Assembly: GCA_049512775.1 (NCBI GenBank)
Contig: JBEKWU010000004.1
Location: 3,096-67,095, forward strand
Reading direction: 5' to 3'
Length of the DNA stretch: 64,000 bases
Source: Bryobacteraceae bacterium
Lineage (GTDB): Bacteria; Acidobacteriota; Terriglobia; Bryobacterales; Bryobacteraceae
Positions 52,237 through 61,499 of the stretch are shown in pieces. Numbering within the stretch: position 1 is the stretch's first letter; each line of letters starts with the position of its first letter. The translations under genes and the position numbers were made by a program. Under the pieces are notes generated by a model. The model saw only the letters and a list, made by a program, of their open reading frames with translations. It did not search any database and was not told where the DNA came from.

Positions 52237-54798
52237 ATGGCTGCGTGGTGGCGGAAAGAAAAGCAACGCGAGGCGCCCGGTTCCGCCGAGCAGCGGATTC
52301 GCCTGAAGTACCACAGCTTCCGCGAGTTGCTCTCCCTGAATAACGAGTGCCTGGAGCTGATGGCCGGGCTCCAGGAAGACCTCCAGTTCGTTCCTCCCCG
52401 CCGCGATGTGATCGAGGATCGCATTGCGGCCATCTACGAGAAAGCCGCAGCGATCGTGGGCACGCTGGAAAAGCTCACGGGCATTCGCTATGCGCAGCTT
52501 GGCGATGCGGTGGAAGCACAACGCGGCGAGGTCGAGCGCTACATCGCGGCGTGCCAGGAACTGGTGACGCCCCGGCTTGCCGCGCGCCTCTCCGAGGTGA
52601 GCGCCGCGCACGCCGGCGAAGTGGGAGGCAAAGCGGCCGCGCTCGGCGAGGTCAAGAACAAGCTCGGGCTGCCGGTTCCGGATGGTTACGTGCTCACCAC
52701 GGAGGCCTACCGCCAGTTCTGCGGAATCCCGTTGTGGAAAGAGATTCGCGATTCCATGCGCGGTTTGGATCTCAACGACCTGGAAACACTGGAAGGAGTC
52801 TCGCGGAAGCTTGTGGACGCGGCGATGGCCCGCCAGGTCCCGCGCGCCGCAGAAATCGCGATTACGGAGAGGGCCAAAACGCTGGACGCGCGCGGGCTCG
52901 GCCTGGCCGTCCGGTCGAGCGCGGTGGGCGAAGGCGGGGAGAGGACGTTTGCAGGCCAGTTCGTGAGCCTGCTCAACGTCCCGCCCGAGCAGCTTGTCGA
53001 CGCCTACAAGCGCGTCGTCGCGGGACGGTTCAGCGACCGCGCGCTCTTCTACCGGCTGTCGACCGGCTTGCTCGAAGTCGACAGCCCAATGGCCGTGCTC
53101 TTCCTTCCCGTCATCCGAGCCAGGGCCTCCGGCATCATGTATACTCGGGACCCCAGCGATCCCAAGAGCAAGACGCTGTGGATCACGGCCACGTGCGGGC
53201 TGGGTCTCGATATTGCCAGCGGCCGCATGCCCGCCGATCTGTTCGTGGTCTCCCGCACCCCTCCGCACGCCATCCTCGAGCGGACCATTGTGCACAAGGA
53301 AGCTGCGATCGTCGCGGAAGCGGGCGGCGGAATCGCACGCGCCCCGCTCGACCAAGCCGATGCCGACGCGCCCAGCCTCGCGCCGGCGGACCTCCAAACG
53401 CTCAGCGCCTGGGGCGTCCGCGTCGAGGAGCATTTCCGGACCCCGCAGGATATAGAGTGGGTGCTGGGCGAAGACGGCCGAGCGTGGATTGTGCAAGCCC
53501 GGCCACTCGTTCTCGCCGCCATAGGCCGCGGCAAATCGCGAGCACGCGGCGAGCCGCTGTTCTCGGGCGGGCGCACGATCTATCCCGGACGGGTATCCGG
53601 CGGCGCGTACCTGATCGAAGACTTGAGTGCGCTGAGCCGCACTCCCGCGGGCGCGGTCGTCTTCATGCGCCGCGCCAGCCCGGAGATCGTCGAGGTGTTC
53701 CCGCGCATCGCCGGCCTGGTGGCGGAGTGGGGGAACCTGGCGGGCCACGTGGCGGCCCTGCTTCGGGAATTCAAGGTCCCCTCGGTGTTTCAAATGCCGG
53801 GCGCCTTCGAGCGCTTGCACAACGGGGATCCGGTGAGCCTGGATGCGGTACAGCCGCGAGTTTACGCGGGAATGTTGTGGCCGCCTCGCAGGATCGAGGA
53901 AGTAGTCGCGGACGGCCCGGCGGAACGGGCGGGCGATCCGATCAGCCGCCGCCTGCTGACATTGCACTTGTTGGATCCTTCTGGGTCGAACTTCCGGCCC
54001 GCCGGCTGCAAGTCCACTCACGACGTGCTGCGCTACTGCCACGAGAAGGCGATCGAGGCCATGTTCGCCGTCAACGACCTCGAGCGCGAGCGCGGGCCGC
54101 GCTGCACGAAGCGGCTCGAAACCAGCTTGCCGATAAACCTGCAGGTCCTCGATTTGGGCCGTGGCCTCGCGCTAACTGAACCGCAGTGCTCTACCGTAAC
54201 CCCTGAGCAGATAGTCTCCCGGCCGTTTCAGGCTCTCTGGAAGGGAGTGAGTCATCCCGCGGTCACCTGGACGCGCCAAATGCCCGCGAGCTTCAGCGAC
54301 CTGGCCTCGGTGATGGCGGGCGCCCTCTCTTCGCACGCCGGAGCGATGCGGGCGCTTGGGGAGGAGAGCTACCTGCTGGTGGCCGACGAGTACATGAATC
54401 TTAACTCGCGCCTGGCCTACCATTTCAGCCTCGTCGACGCCTGCCTTTCCGACCGCCCGAGCAATAATTACATTGCCTTTCGCTTCGAAGGCGGCGGCGC
54501 GACGAGGTTTCGTAGAGACCTTCGGGCCTGTTTCATCGAAGCCTGCCTCGCTCACTACGGCCTCCGCGTGGACCGGCGCGGGGACTTGGTGAACGCCTGG
54601 CTGAAGAAAGCCTCGGCGGAGGAGACCCAAGAGAAGCTGGATATCCTGGGCCGCCTGATGGCCTGTTCCAGCCAACTGGATATGTACATGACCAGCTCGG
54701 AGGTCATGAAGTGGTACGTCCGCCAGTTTCTCGCGGGTAACTATAGTTTTCAGGCAACCGGCAAGGAAGACAGGGTGACCGGGGAGCAACAGGTCTAG
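52237..54798 (+). CDS. PEP-synthase/PPDK-like phosphotransferase (PPDK_N ATP-grasp + swivel His domain + ~280-aa uncharacterised C-terminal domain)
   Basis: EVGGKAAALGEVKNKLGLPVPDGYVLTTEAY, SSAVGEGGERTFAGQF, QDIEWVLGEDGRAWIVQARPL. The mobile domain is ...IAGLVAEWGNLAGHVAALLREFKVPSV. Confidence 0.75.
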   Translation: MAAWWRKEKQREAPGSAEQRIRLKYHSFRELLSLNNECLELMAGLQEDLQFVPPRRDVIEDRIAAIYEKAAAIVGTLEKLTGIRYAQLGDAVEAQRGEVERYIAACQELVTPRLAARLSEVSAAHAGEVGGKAAALGEVKNKLGLPVPDGYVLTTEAYRQFCGIPLWKEIRDSMRGLDLNDLETLEGVSRKLVDAAMARQVPRAAEIAITERAKTLDARGLGLAVRSSAVGEGGERTFAGQFVSLLNVPPEQLVDAYKRVVAGRFSDRALFYRLSTGLLEVDSPMAVLFLPVIRARASGIMYTRDPSDPKSKTLWITATCGLGLDIASGRMPADLFVVSRTPPHAILERTIVHKEAAIVAEAGGGIARAPLDQADADAPSLAPADLQTLSAWGVRVEEHFRTPQDIEWVLGEDGRAWIVQARPLVLAAIGRGKSRARGEPLFSGGRTIYPGRVSGGAYLIEDLSALSRTPAGAVVFMRRASPEIVEVFPRIAGLVAEWGNLAGHVAALLREFKVPSVFQMPGAFERLHNGDPVSLDAVQPRVYAGMLWPPRRIEEVVADGPAERAGDPISRRLLTLHLLDPSGSNFRPAGCKSTHDVLRYCHEKAIEAMFAVNDLERERGPRCTKRLETSLPINLQVLDLGRGLALTEPQCSTVTPEQIVSRPFQALWKGVSHPAVTWTRQMPASFSDLASVMAGALSSHAGAMRALGEESYLLVADEYMNLNSRLAYHFSLVDACLSDRPSNNYIAFRFEGGGATRFRRDLRACFIEACLAHYGLRVDRRGDLVNAWLKKASAEETQEKLDILGRLMACSSQLDMYMTSSEVMKWYVRQFLAGNYSFQATGKEDRVTGEQQV

Positions 54799-54859
54799 GC
54801 CAATTCTGGGCTTGCATCGTAGGTGCAGTTGATGTACATTTATATAAGGGACTGCAACG

Positions 54860-55252
54860 GTGGTTTCTGGGATGAGCGCCTCTACCTCCTATCGCAAACG
54901 CACGCCTCAAAGAGCTTGGCTTTGGATTGTTCTGTTTCTTTTCATCACTTTACTAGCATCTTTCGCATTGATAAGAGCAGTCTCTCCGGTCGCTGATCTG
55001 GCTATTGCATATTTCAGCACTGGCGACCAGACCTTCACCGGCGTCATCACCGATACCCGCCGCATTGGGGGCCCCGGGGAAGCCGGGGAATCCGACCACG
55101 ATGCCAGGTATTTCCTCTTCGATGGTCGCGCCCTGTATGTGCTGAGCGATCAACGGACACCGGAGCGATTCGTCGCTCGCAAGGTCCGCGTACGAGGCTC
55201 GCTGCGCGGGAACGGCCACATTCTGGACGTCAAGGCCATCGACCCAGCCTGA
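54860..55252 (+). CDS. Membrane-anchored hypothetical protein
   Basis: One TM helix (AWLWIVLFLFITLLASFALI) followed by a ~90-aa soluble domain. It lies in a locally AT-richer stretch, and the start is uncertain. Confidence 0.45.
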   Translation: MVSGMSASTSYRKRTPQRAWLWIVLFLFITLLASFALIRAVSPVADLAIAYFSTGDQTFTGVITDTRRIGGPGEAGESDHDARYFLFDGRALYVLSDQRTPERFVARKVRVRGSLRGNGHILDVKAIDPA

Positions 55253-55293
55253 GTACGGCAACAACTCCATACATTCCCCACGTTCGGTTTTGC

Positions 55294-55322
55294 TTGACCT
55301 TTGTCCGTACCCGCCATAAAAT
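55294..55322 (+). promoter_or_regulatory. Near-consensus sigma-70 promoter: TTGACC, 17-nt spacer, TAAAAT
   Basis: ttgacc (55294-55299) and taaaat (55317-55322). A ~100-nt leader containing the GGGAG-TTTAT-CTCCC hairpin precedes the ATG at 55427, which has GGGAGG upstream. Confidence 0.55.
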
Positions 55323-55426
55323 AGAATCTCGGGTCTGAAGTATCTCTTCGCGGAACGGGACGTTGGGAGTTTATCTCCCGCGCCAAATAGTAGCCGGACC
55401 TTTGTCTGGGCCAGGGAGGTAAGCTT

Positions 55427-55681
55427 ATGGCGAAAGTTCCCGTTGAAACACTCGCCGAAGAGATGTACCAAATGGTGGCTGAATACGCCGGCAAGAAGAA
55501 CCTGAAGGCCGGCGATCTCACCAAGGCCATGATCTCCAAGCACGGCGAGGATGCGTGCGACAAGGATGACTGCAAGCACGCGATCCGGTTGCTGATAGAT
55601 TCCGCCCGCTGCGTCTACAGCTATTTCGGCGGATCCTACATCACCATTCCGCACAAGGAAGGCGCCGCGCCCGAAGTCTGA
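55427..55681 (+). CDS. Small DsrD-like protein (putative winged-helix; tentative)
   Basis: 84 aa. KAGDLTKAMI...CKHAIRLLIDSARCVYSYFGGSYITIPHKEG parallels, from memory, the DsrD pattern ...VKK.L..LV....L.YWSSGSTTMYGL. It sits immediately upstream of dsrN. Confidence 0.5.
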   Translation: MAKVPVETLAEEMYQMVAEYAGKKNLKAGDLTKAMISKHGEDACDKDDCKHAIRLLIDSARCVYSYFGGSYITIPHKEGAAPEV

Positions 55682-55703
55682 GCTTCGACCGCCTGAGGCC
55701 GCC

Positions 55704-57113
55704 GTGACCACCCATGGATCACCGCGGCTGGTGGTGGCCGGGGCTTCCGGAGACTCAGGCAAGACGCTGGTCTCGCTCGCGCTACTGCTGGCCGCTTCCT
55801 ATCGAGGGCTAGCCGTTCGGGCCTTCAAGAAGGGGCCGGACTATATCGACGCGGCATGGCTCGCCTGGGCGTCCGGCCACAGGGCGCGCAACCTGGATAC
55901 CTTTCTGATGGGATTCGACCGGGCCGTTTCCTCGTTTGCGCTCCACGCGGTGCCGAACGGCCTCAACCTAGTCGAAGGTAACCGTGGCCTGTACGACGGC
56001 GTTGACTCGCGGGGTACCCACAGCACTGCGGAGCTCGCCAAAGCCATTGCCGCACCAGTATTGCTGGTTCTGAACGCGACCAAGGTCACGAGAACGGCCG
56101 CAGCCTGGGTTCTGGGCTGCCAGAGGCTCGACCCGGAAGTGCGGTTTGCGGGCGTGATCTTGAACCAGGTGAGCACCGCTCGCCATGAGCGCACATTGCG
56201 GGAAGCCATCCTGTCCGCCTGCGGAATTCCAGTCCTCGGGGTCGTGCCCAGGATCGCTCGTGCCGACCTGCTGCCCGAACGGCACCTTGGCCTGGTCACG
56301 CCCGAGGAACATCCCTGTCCCGGCAAGCTCCGGCAGGAACTGCTCCGGCTCACTACGGCCGTCGATATCGAGAGAATCCTCGCGATCGCTTTCGCGGCGC
56401 CCGCGCTCGTCTCTCAGGACAGCCCGATCGTGGACCTGCCCGACGGGCACGGTCTGACGATCGGCTATCTGAAGGATTCGGCTTTCACGTTCTACTACTC
56501 CGAGAACCTGGAGGCGCTCGAATTCTCGGGCGCCACTCTGGTGCCGATTCCGGCGCTCTCGCAGTCCGCGTTGCCCGAGGCGCTCGACGCCCTCTACATC
56601 GGCGGCGGCTTTCCGGAGACCCACGCCGCGAAGCTCTCGGCCAATCGGACGTTCCTGGAATCGCTGCGGGCGGCGGTTCAGCTCGGCTTGCCCGTCTACG
56701 CCGAGTGTGGCGGGCTGATGCTTCTTTCGCGGGCTATCCTCTGGCAAGAAAGGAGATACCCGATGGCCGGCGTGTTGCCCTTCGAGGTCGAGGTTTGCCC
56801 GGGGCCACAAGGACACGGCTACACCGAGCTGGTGGTCGATCGGCCCAATCCATTCTTCTCCAAAGGCCTCATACTGCGAGGCCACGAATTCCACTACTCA
56901 CGAGTTTTGCTCGGAGGGTCCGTGCCCCAAACGGCCTGCTCGGTCGTGCGTGGCACGGGTTGCTGCGAGCACCGGGATGGAATCGTGGCCGGCAACGTCT
57001 GGGCCAGTTATACACATCTGAACGCGCTGGCTACCCCCGAGTGGGCGGCCGGCATGCTGAATGTTGCCCGGCAGTTCGCACGCGGACGGCCGGTCAACCA
57101 ACTTTCGCACTGA
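55704..57113 (+). CDS. dsrN: DsrN (cobyrinate a,c-diamide synthase-like siroheme amidase)
   Basis: [42 protein letters not shown], the C-terminal glutamine amidotransferase domain with ECGGLMLL, and GHEFHYS. Confidence 0.85.
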   Translation: MTTHGSPRLVVAGASGDSGKTLVSLALLLAASYRGLAVRAFKKGPDYIDAAWLAWASGHRARNLDTFLMGFDRAVSSFALHAVPNGLNLVEGNRGLYDGVDSRGTHSTAELAKAIAAPVLLVLNATKVTRTAAAWVLGCQRLDPEVRFAGVILNQVSTARHERTLREAILSACGIPVLGVVPRIARADLLPERHLGLVTPEEHPCPGKLRQELLRLTTAVDIERILAIAFAAPALVSQDSPIVDLPDGHGLTIGYLKDSAFTFYYSENLEALEFSGATLVPIPALSQSALPEALDALYIGGGFPETHAAKLSANRTFLESLRAAVQLGLPVYAECGGLMLLSRAILWQERRYPMAGVLPFEVEVCPGPQGHGYTELVVDRPNPFFSKGLILRGHEFHYSRVLLGGSVPQTACSVVRGTGCCEHRDGIVAGNVWASYTHLNALATPEWAAGMLNVARQFARGRPVNQLSH

Positions 57114-57127
57114 TAGGAGGTCATTCC

Positions 57128-58390
57128 ATGAGCAAACTGGTACCCCCGCATGGGAGTCCGGAACTGAAACCTCTCCTTTTGGCAGGGCAGCAAAGGGAGG
57201 AAGAATTGCAGCGCGCCGCGGGGCTGAAGAGAGTCCCGATGACCAGCCGCGAAACCAGCGACCTGATCATGATGGGCATCGGCGCTTTCACCCCGCTTGA
57301 CGGCTTCATGGGCCAGGCGGACTGGCAGGGCTGCTGCGATACGTACAGCATGCCCAGCCAGGGCGGACTGTTCTGGCCGATTCCGATCACGCTCTCCGCG
57401 AAGGAGGATCTCGCCGGCTCGATCGCGATTGGTGAGGAAGTGGCGCTGTGGGACCTCGAGACCGAGGCCATCATGGGCACCATGAAAGTCACCGGGAAGT
57501 ACGGCATCGACAAGGAACACGAGTGCAAGGAAGTCTTCCGCACGACGGACCCGGCGCACCCCGGCGTGCAGAAGGTGCTCGAGCAGGACCCCGTGAACCT
57601 CGCCGGTCCGGTCAAGGTCCTGTCGGAATCCTACTATCCGGAGATGTTTAGTGGCATCTATCAGCGCCCGGTCGAATCGCGCAGGCTGTTCGAGGAGCGC
57701 GGGTGGAGCACGGTGGCGGCGCTGCAACTCCGCAACCCGATGCACGGCTCGCACGCCTACCTGGCCTGGGTGGCGATCGAGGTCTGCGACGGAGTGTACA
57801 TCCATCAGCTTGTGGGCAAGCTGAAGCCGGGCGATATTCCCGCCGAGGTGCGCGTGCGCGCCATCGACGCGCTCGTGAACAAGTACTTCCGGAAGGACCG
57901 CGTCATCCAGGGCGGATACCCGATGGAGATGCGGTACGCCGGCCCCCGCGAGGCGCTGCTGCACGCGGTGTTCCGCCAGAACTACGGCTGCTCCCACCTG
58001 ATTGTCGGCCGCGACCATGCCGGCGTGGGCGACTACTACGGCCCGTTTGATGCGCAGAAGATCTTCAACGAGATCCCATCGAACGCGCTGATCTTGCGTC
58101 CGCTGTGCATGGACTGGACATTCTACTGCTACGAGTGCGGCACCATGGCCTCGATGAAGACCTGCCCGCACGAGAGCAAGGCGGTCATCGATGAGAACGG
58201 GAACTACAAGGGAGGCGCCCGGCTGCTGCTTTCCGGCACGCTGCTCAGAAAGCTCATGAGCGAAGGCAAGCCCGTGCCAGCCGAGTTCTCCAAGCCCGAG
58301 GTGATCGCGATTCTCAAGGAGTACTATGACAGCCTCGAAGAGAAGGTCGAGGTGAAGTTGCACGGATTCGCCACCGGGACGAAGACCTGA
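57128..58390 (+). CDS. sat: Sulfate adenylyltransferase (ATP sulfurylase)
   Basis: [10 protein letters not shown]..., [35 protein letters not shown]. Confidence 0.95.
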   Translation: MSKLVPPHGSPELKPLLLAGQQREEELQRAAGLKRVPMTSRETSDLIMMGIGAFTPLDGFMGQADWQGCCDTYSMPSQGGLFWPIPITLSAKEDLAGSIAIGEEVALWDLETEAIMGTMKVTGKYGIDKEHECKEVFRTTDPAHPGVQKVLEQDPVNLAGPVKVLSESYYPEMFSGIYQRPVESRRLFEERGWSTVAALQLRNPMHGSHAYLAWVAIEVCDGVYIHQLVGKLKPGDIPAEVRVRAIDALVNKYFRKDRVIQGGYPMEMRYAGPREALLHAVFRQNYGCSHLIVGRDHAGVGDYYGPFDAQKIFNEIPSNALILRPLCMDWTFYCYECGTMASMKTCPHESKAVIDENGNYKGGARLLLSGTLLRKLMSEGKPVPAEFSKPEVIAILKEYYDSLEEKVEVKLHGFATGTKT

Positions 58391-58532
58391 CCGGCCGATG
58401 ACGCGCGGCGCGCCGCCGGCACGCAAGGTGGCGCGTCGCGCGCGGTCCCGCCGGATAGCGGTAAGAGGGGGACGTGAAGAGGCCTCTCGGTCTCGAGAAC
58501 CGGCTCGAGACGTTACTGCGGGAGATCGGGGC

Positions 58533-58952
58533 ATGAGCGCGAAGAGAATCCTCGTGATCGATGACGAGCAGGCGGCGTGCCTGTATCTCGCCCGGCTGTT
58601 TCAAGAACGCGGCTACTCGGTCGCCTGCGCGAACGACGGATACGAGGCCGCTGGCAGAGTGAAGCAGGCAAGGCCGGATCTGATCACGCTGGACCTGTCG
58701 ATGCCCAACAAATCCGGCGTGAAGTTTTATCGCGAGATGAAATCGACGCCCGAGCTGAGCCGCGTCCCGATCGTTTTAGTCGCCGCGGTGCCGGGGTTTG
58801 GCGGGAAGCTGCGCGACGCGGAGCGCTACTACGTATCCAAACACCAGGTGCCACCGCCCGACGCCTTCGTGGCCAAACCAATCGATCCGGACGAAATGAT
58901 CGGGGTGGTGGAGCGGCTGGTGTCCGAGCGACACCCGACGCCGCCGCAATAA
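58533..58952 (+). CDS. Stand-alone response-regulator receiver (same subfamily as 18376..19294)
   Basis: RILVIDDEQAA...PDLITLDLSMPNKSGVKFYREM...PIVLVAA...AKP. Confidence 0.9.
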   Translation: MSAKRILVIDDEQAACLYLARLFQERGYSVACANDGYEAAGRVKQARPDLITLDLSMPNKSGVKFYREMKSTPELSRVPIVLVAAVPGFGGKLRDAERYYVSKHQVPPPDAFVAKPIDPDEMIGVVERLVSERHPTPPQ

Positions 58953-58962
58953 GGAACCGGCT

Positions 58963-59895
58963 ATGACGAGCCTTCTTTACGGAATCATTTACGCTTGTGC
59001 GTTGGTGTTCGCTGCGGGATGCATCCTGCGCGCCCTCCGGTACGCCAGGATGCCGCTGCACTTGCGCTGGGAGCTCTACCCCGTGCCCCACGAGGCTCCG
59101 GAGCGCGCCGCCCATGGCGGCTCCTACTTCGAGCAACTCGACTGGTGGACCCAGCCGCGCGACTCCAACTTCCTCGGCGAAATCGTGGCGATGCTCGCCG
59201 AGATCGTCCTGCTCAAGGGAGTCTGGGCGCATAACCGGAAGCTGTGGTTTCGCTCGTTTCCATTCCATTTCGGCTTATACCTGCTGGCGGCTACCGCCGG
59301 GCTGCTGGCGCTGAGCGCCCTGCTGAACCTCGTGGCGCCCACCGCCATGCCGGGAAGCTTTGGTGTCGGGTTGCATTACCTGTACGCATTCACGGGCGTG
59401 CTCGGAGTCGTGCTGGCGATCGCCGGCGCGGCCGGCTTGCTGTTCCGCCGCCTCACCGATTCCGAGGTCAAGGTCTATACAACCCCGGGCGATGTGTTCA
59501 ACCTGCTTGCCTTCGTGGTTACCTTGGGGCTGCTCGGCGCCGGATATCTGCTTCGTCCGAGTACCCTCAGCCTGCGCGGGATCGCCGAGGGAATCCTGAG
59601 GTTCGACACGGCACTCGAGATCCCCGGCCTGCTCGCGGCCGGGCTCGTCATGGCGGCTCTGCTGGCGGCCTACATCCCGATGACCCAGATGTCGCACTTC
59701 ATTGGCAAGTACTTCACCTATCATTCCGTGCGCTGGGATGACAGGCCGAACCTGCGCGACGGAGCGCTGGAGAGGAAGGTGGCCGAATGTGTGCGTTACC
59801 GGCCCACCTGGTCGGCCGCGCATATCGGCGCGGACGGCTCGAAAACTTGGGCCGACATTGCCACCACAAACCCGGCGCAACAGGTGAAGAAATGA
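58963..59895 (+). CDS. NarI/DsrM-like membrane cytochrome b (paralog 3)
   Basis: MTSLLYGIIYACALVFAAGCILRALRYARMPLHLRWELYPVPHE..., FPFHFGLYLL, YIPMTQMSHFIGKYFTYH. The stop overlaps the next ATG. Confidence 0.8.
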   Translation: MTSLLYGIIYACALVFAAGCILRALRYARMPLHLRWELYPVPHEAPERAAHGGSYFEQLDWWTQPRDSNFLGEIVAMLAEIVLLKGVWAHNRKLWFRSFPFHFGLYLLAATAGLLALSALLNLVAPTAMPGSFGVGLHYLYAFTGVLGVVLAIAGAAGLLFRRLTDSEVKVYTTPGDVFNLLAFVVTLGLLGAGYLLRPSTLSLRGIAEGILRFDTALEIPGLLAAGLVMAALLAAYIPMTQMSHFIGKYFTYHSVRWDDRPNLRDGALERKVAECVRYRPTWSAAHIGADGSKTWADIATTNPAQQVKK

Positions 59896-61499
59896 AGGAT
59901 CAACCGAAGTTGAGCGACATGTCCCGGCGGGACCGGGCGCCGCTGGTTCACCTGCGGAATGAGGACTTAATGCCGCTTCCTCCGCCGCTCGACGATCCGG
60001 CGAAGGATCGGGAATGGAAGCCGCTGTCCGCGGACGCCAGGCAGAAGTACGAGTGCTCGCTCGACGACACCTGCGCGGTGAACATTCCTCAGCCCAAGAC
60101 GCCGGAAGAGGAAGACGCGCTGGTGGGCAAGTTCCTGGCCGGCCTGGACAAGCTCTTTACGAAGGAGAACAACTGGACTTTCCTGCAACCGTTACTGCTG
60201 ACGATGGAGTATTGCGCGCGGTGCAACACCTGTTCCGACGCCTGCCACATCTTCGAGGCCAGCGGCCGTAACGAGTTGTACCGGCCGGCGTTCCGGTCGG
60301 AGATCCTGCGCCGGCTCTATTTCAAGTTTGTCCGGCGCGGAGGAGTGGTTTCGGCGTGGCAGCACGGCGACATCGATCTCAACTGGCCGCTCGTGGCGCG
60401 GCTGATCGAACTCGCCTACCGCTGCAACATCTGCCGCCGGTGCGCGCAGACCTGTCCCATCGGCGCCGACAACGGTCTGGTCGCGCACGAATTGAGAAAG
60501 CTCTTCAGCCAGGAGATGGGCATCGCGGCGAAAGAGCTCCACGACAGCGGCTCGATGCTCCAGCTCAAGGTCGGCTCCTCGACTGGCATGAACGCTGTGG
60601 TCGTCAAGGACAATATCGAGTTCATCGACGAGGACACGACCGAGAAGACCGGCATCCAGGTCCAGACGCCCTGGGATGTAGAGGGCGCCGATGTGCTGCT
60701 GATCCACAACGCCGGAGAGATACTCGCCTGGCCAGAGAACCCCGGCGCCTTCGCGCTGATTCTGACGGCCGCGGGCATTAAGTGGACGCTCTCTTCCGAA
60801 CTGGCCGGGTACGACTCGATCAACTACGGCCTCTGGTACGACGACGCACAGCTCGCCCGCGTCGCGGTGAAGCACGCCGAAGCGGCCAGGAAGCTCAAGG
60901 TGAAGAAGATCGTGCTGGGCGAGTGCGGCCACGCGCACAAGGCGCTTTCGGTGATTGCCGACCGCGTGCTCAGCGGGGATCTGAACATTCCGCGCGAGAG
61001 TTCGATGACGTTGCTCCGTGACATCGTCATGAGTGGCCGCATCCAGCTCGATCCCAGCCGCAACGATTTCCCGGTGACTCTGCACGACCCCTGCAACATG
61101 GTGCGGCTGATGGGGGTGGTTGAGCCCCAGCGCGAGATTGTCCGAAAGATCTGCCCGCGCTTCCGGGAGATGGAGCCGCACGGGGTCGACAACTACTGTT
61201 GCGGCGGAGGCAGCGGCTTCGCGATCATGAGCGGCAACAATTTTCCCGATTGGCGATTCCACGTCTCGGGCCGAAAGAAGCTCGAGCAGATCCTGAACGC
61301 GTTCTCCGATTGCCTGGACCCTTCGATCCCGAAGTACATCTGCGCTCCTTGCAGCAACTGCAAGGGACAATTTCGGGACCTGTTGGCCTATTACGGACTC
61401 TGGGAAAACCACCGCATCCTGTACGGTGGGCTTGTGGAACTGATTGTGAATGCCATGGTCAACGTGAAACCGGGCTTCATCGAATGGGAGTGGCGGTGA
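59892..61499 (+). CDS. HdrD/DsrK-like CCG-domain iron-sulfur protein (paralog 3)
   Basis: CARCNTCSDACH, CNICRRCAQTCP, HDPCNMVR, NYCCGGGSG, APCSNCKGQ. Confidence 0.85.
   Translation: MKDQPKLSDMSRRDRAPLVHLRNEDLMPLPPPLDDPAKDREWKPLSADARQKYECSLDDTCAVNIPQPKTPEEEDALVGKFLAGLDKLFTKENNWTFLQPLLLTMEYCARCNTCSDACHIFEASGRNELYRPAFRSEILRRLYFKFVRRGGVVSAWQHGDIDLNWPLVARLIELAYRCNICRRCAQTCPIGADNGLVAHELRKLFSQEMGIAAKELHDSGSMLQLKVGSSTGMNAVVVKDNIEFIDEDTTEKTGIQVQTPWDVEGADVLLIHNAGEILAWPENPGAFALILTAAGIKWTLSSELAGYDSINYGLWYDDAQLARVAVKHAEAARKLKVKKIVLGECGHAHKALSVIADRVLSGDLNIPRESSMTLLRDIVMSGRIQLDPSRNDFPVTLHDPCNMVRLMGVVEPQREIVRKICPRFREMEPHGVDNYCCGGGSGFAIMSGNNFPDWRFHVSGRKKLEQILNAFSDCLDPSIPKYICAPCSNCKGQFRDLLAYYGLWENHRILYGGLVELIVNAMVNVKPGFIEWEWR

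Noticed and set aside
52219-54042. 607-aa minus-strand ORF, plus the 610-aa plus-strand alternative frame 52347..54179
   Set aside because: Both overlap the PEP-synthase-like gene, whose frame carries clear PPDK_N and swivel-domain motifs. The alternatives are Arg/Gly/Pro-rich artefacts.
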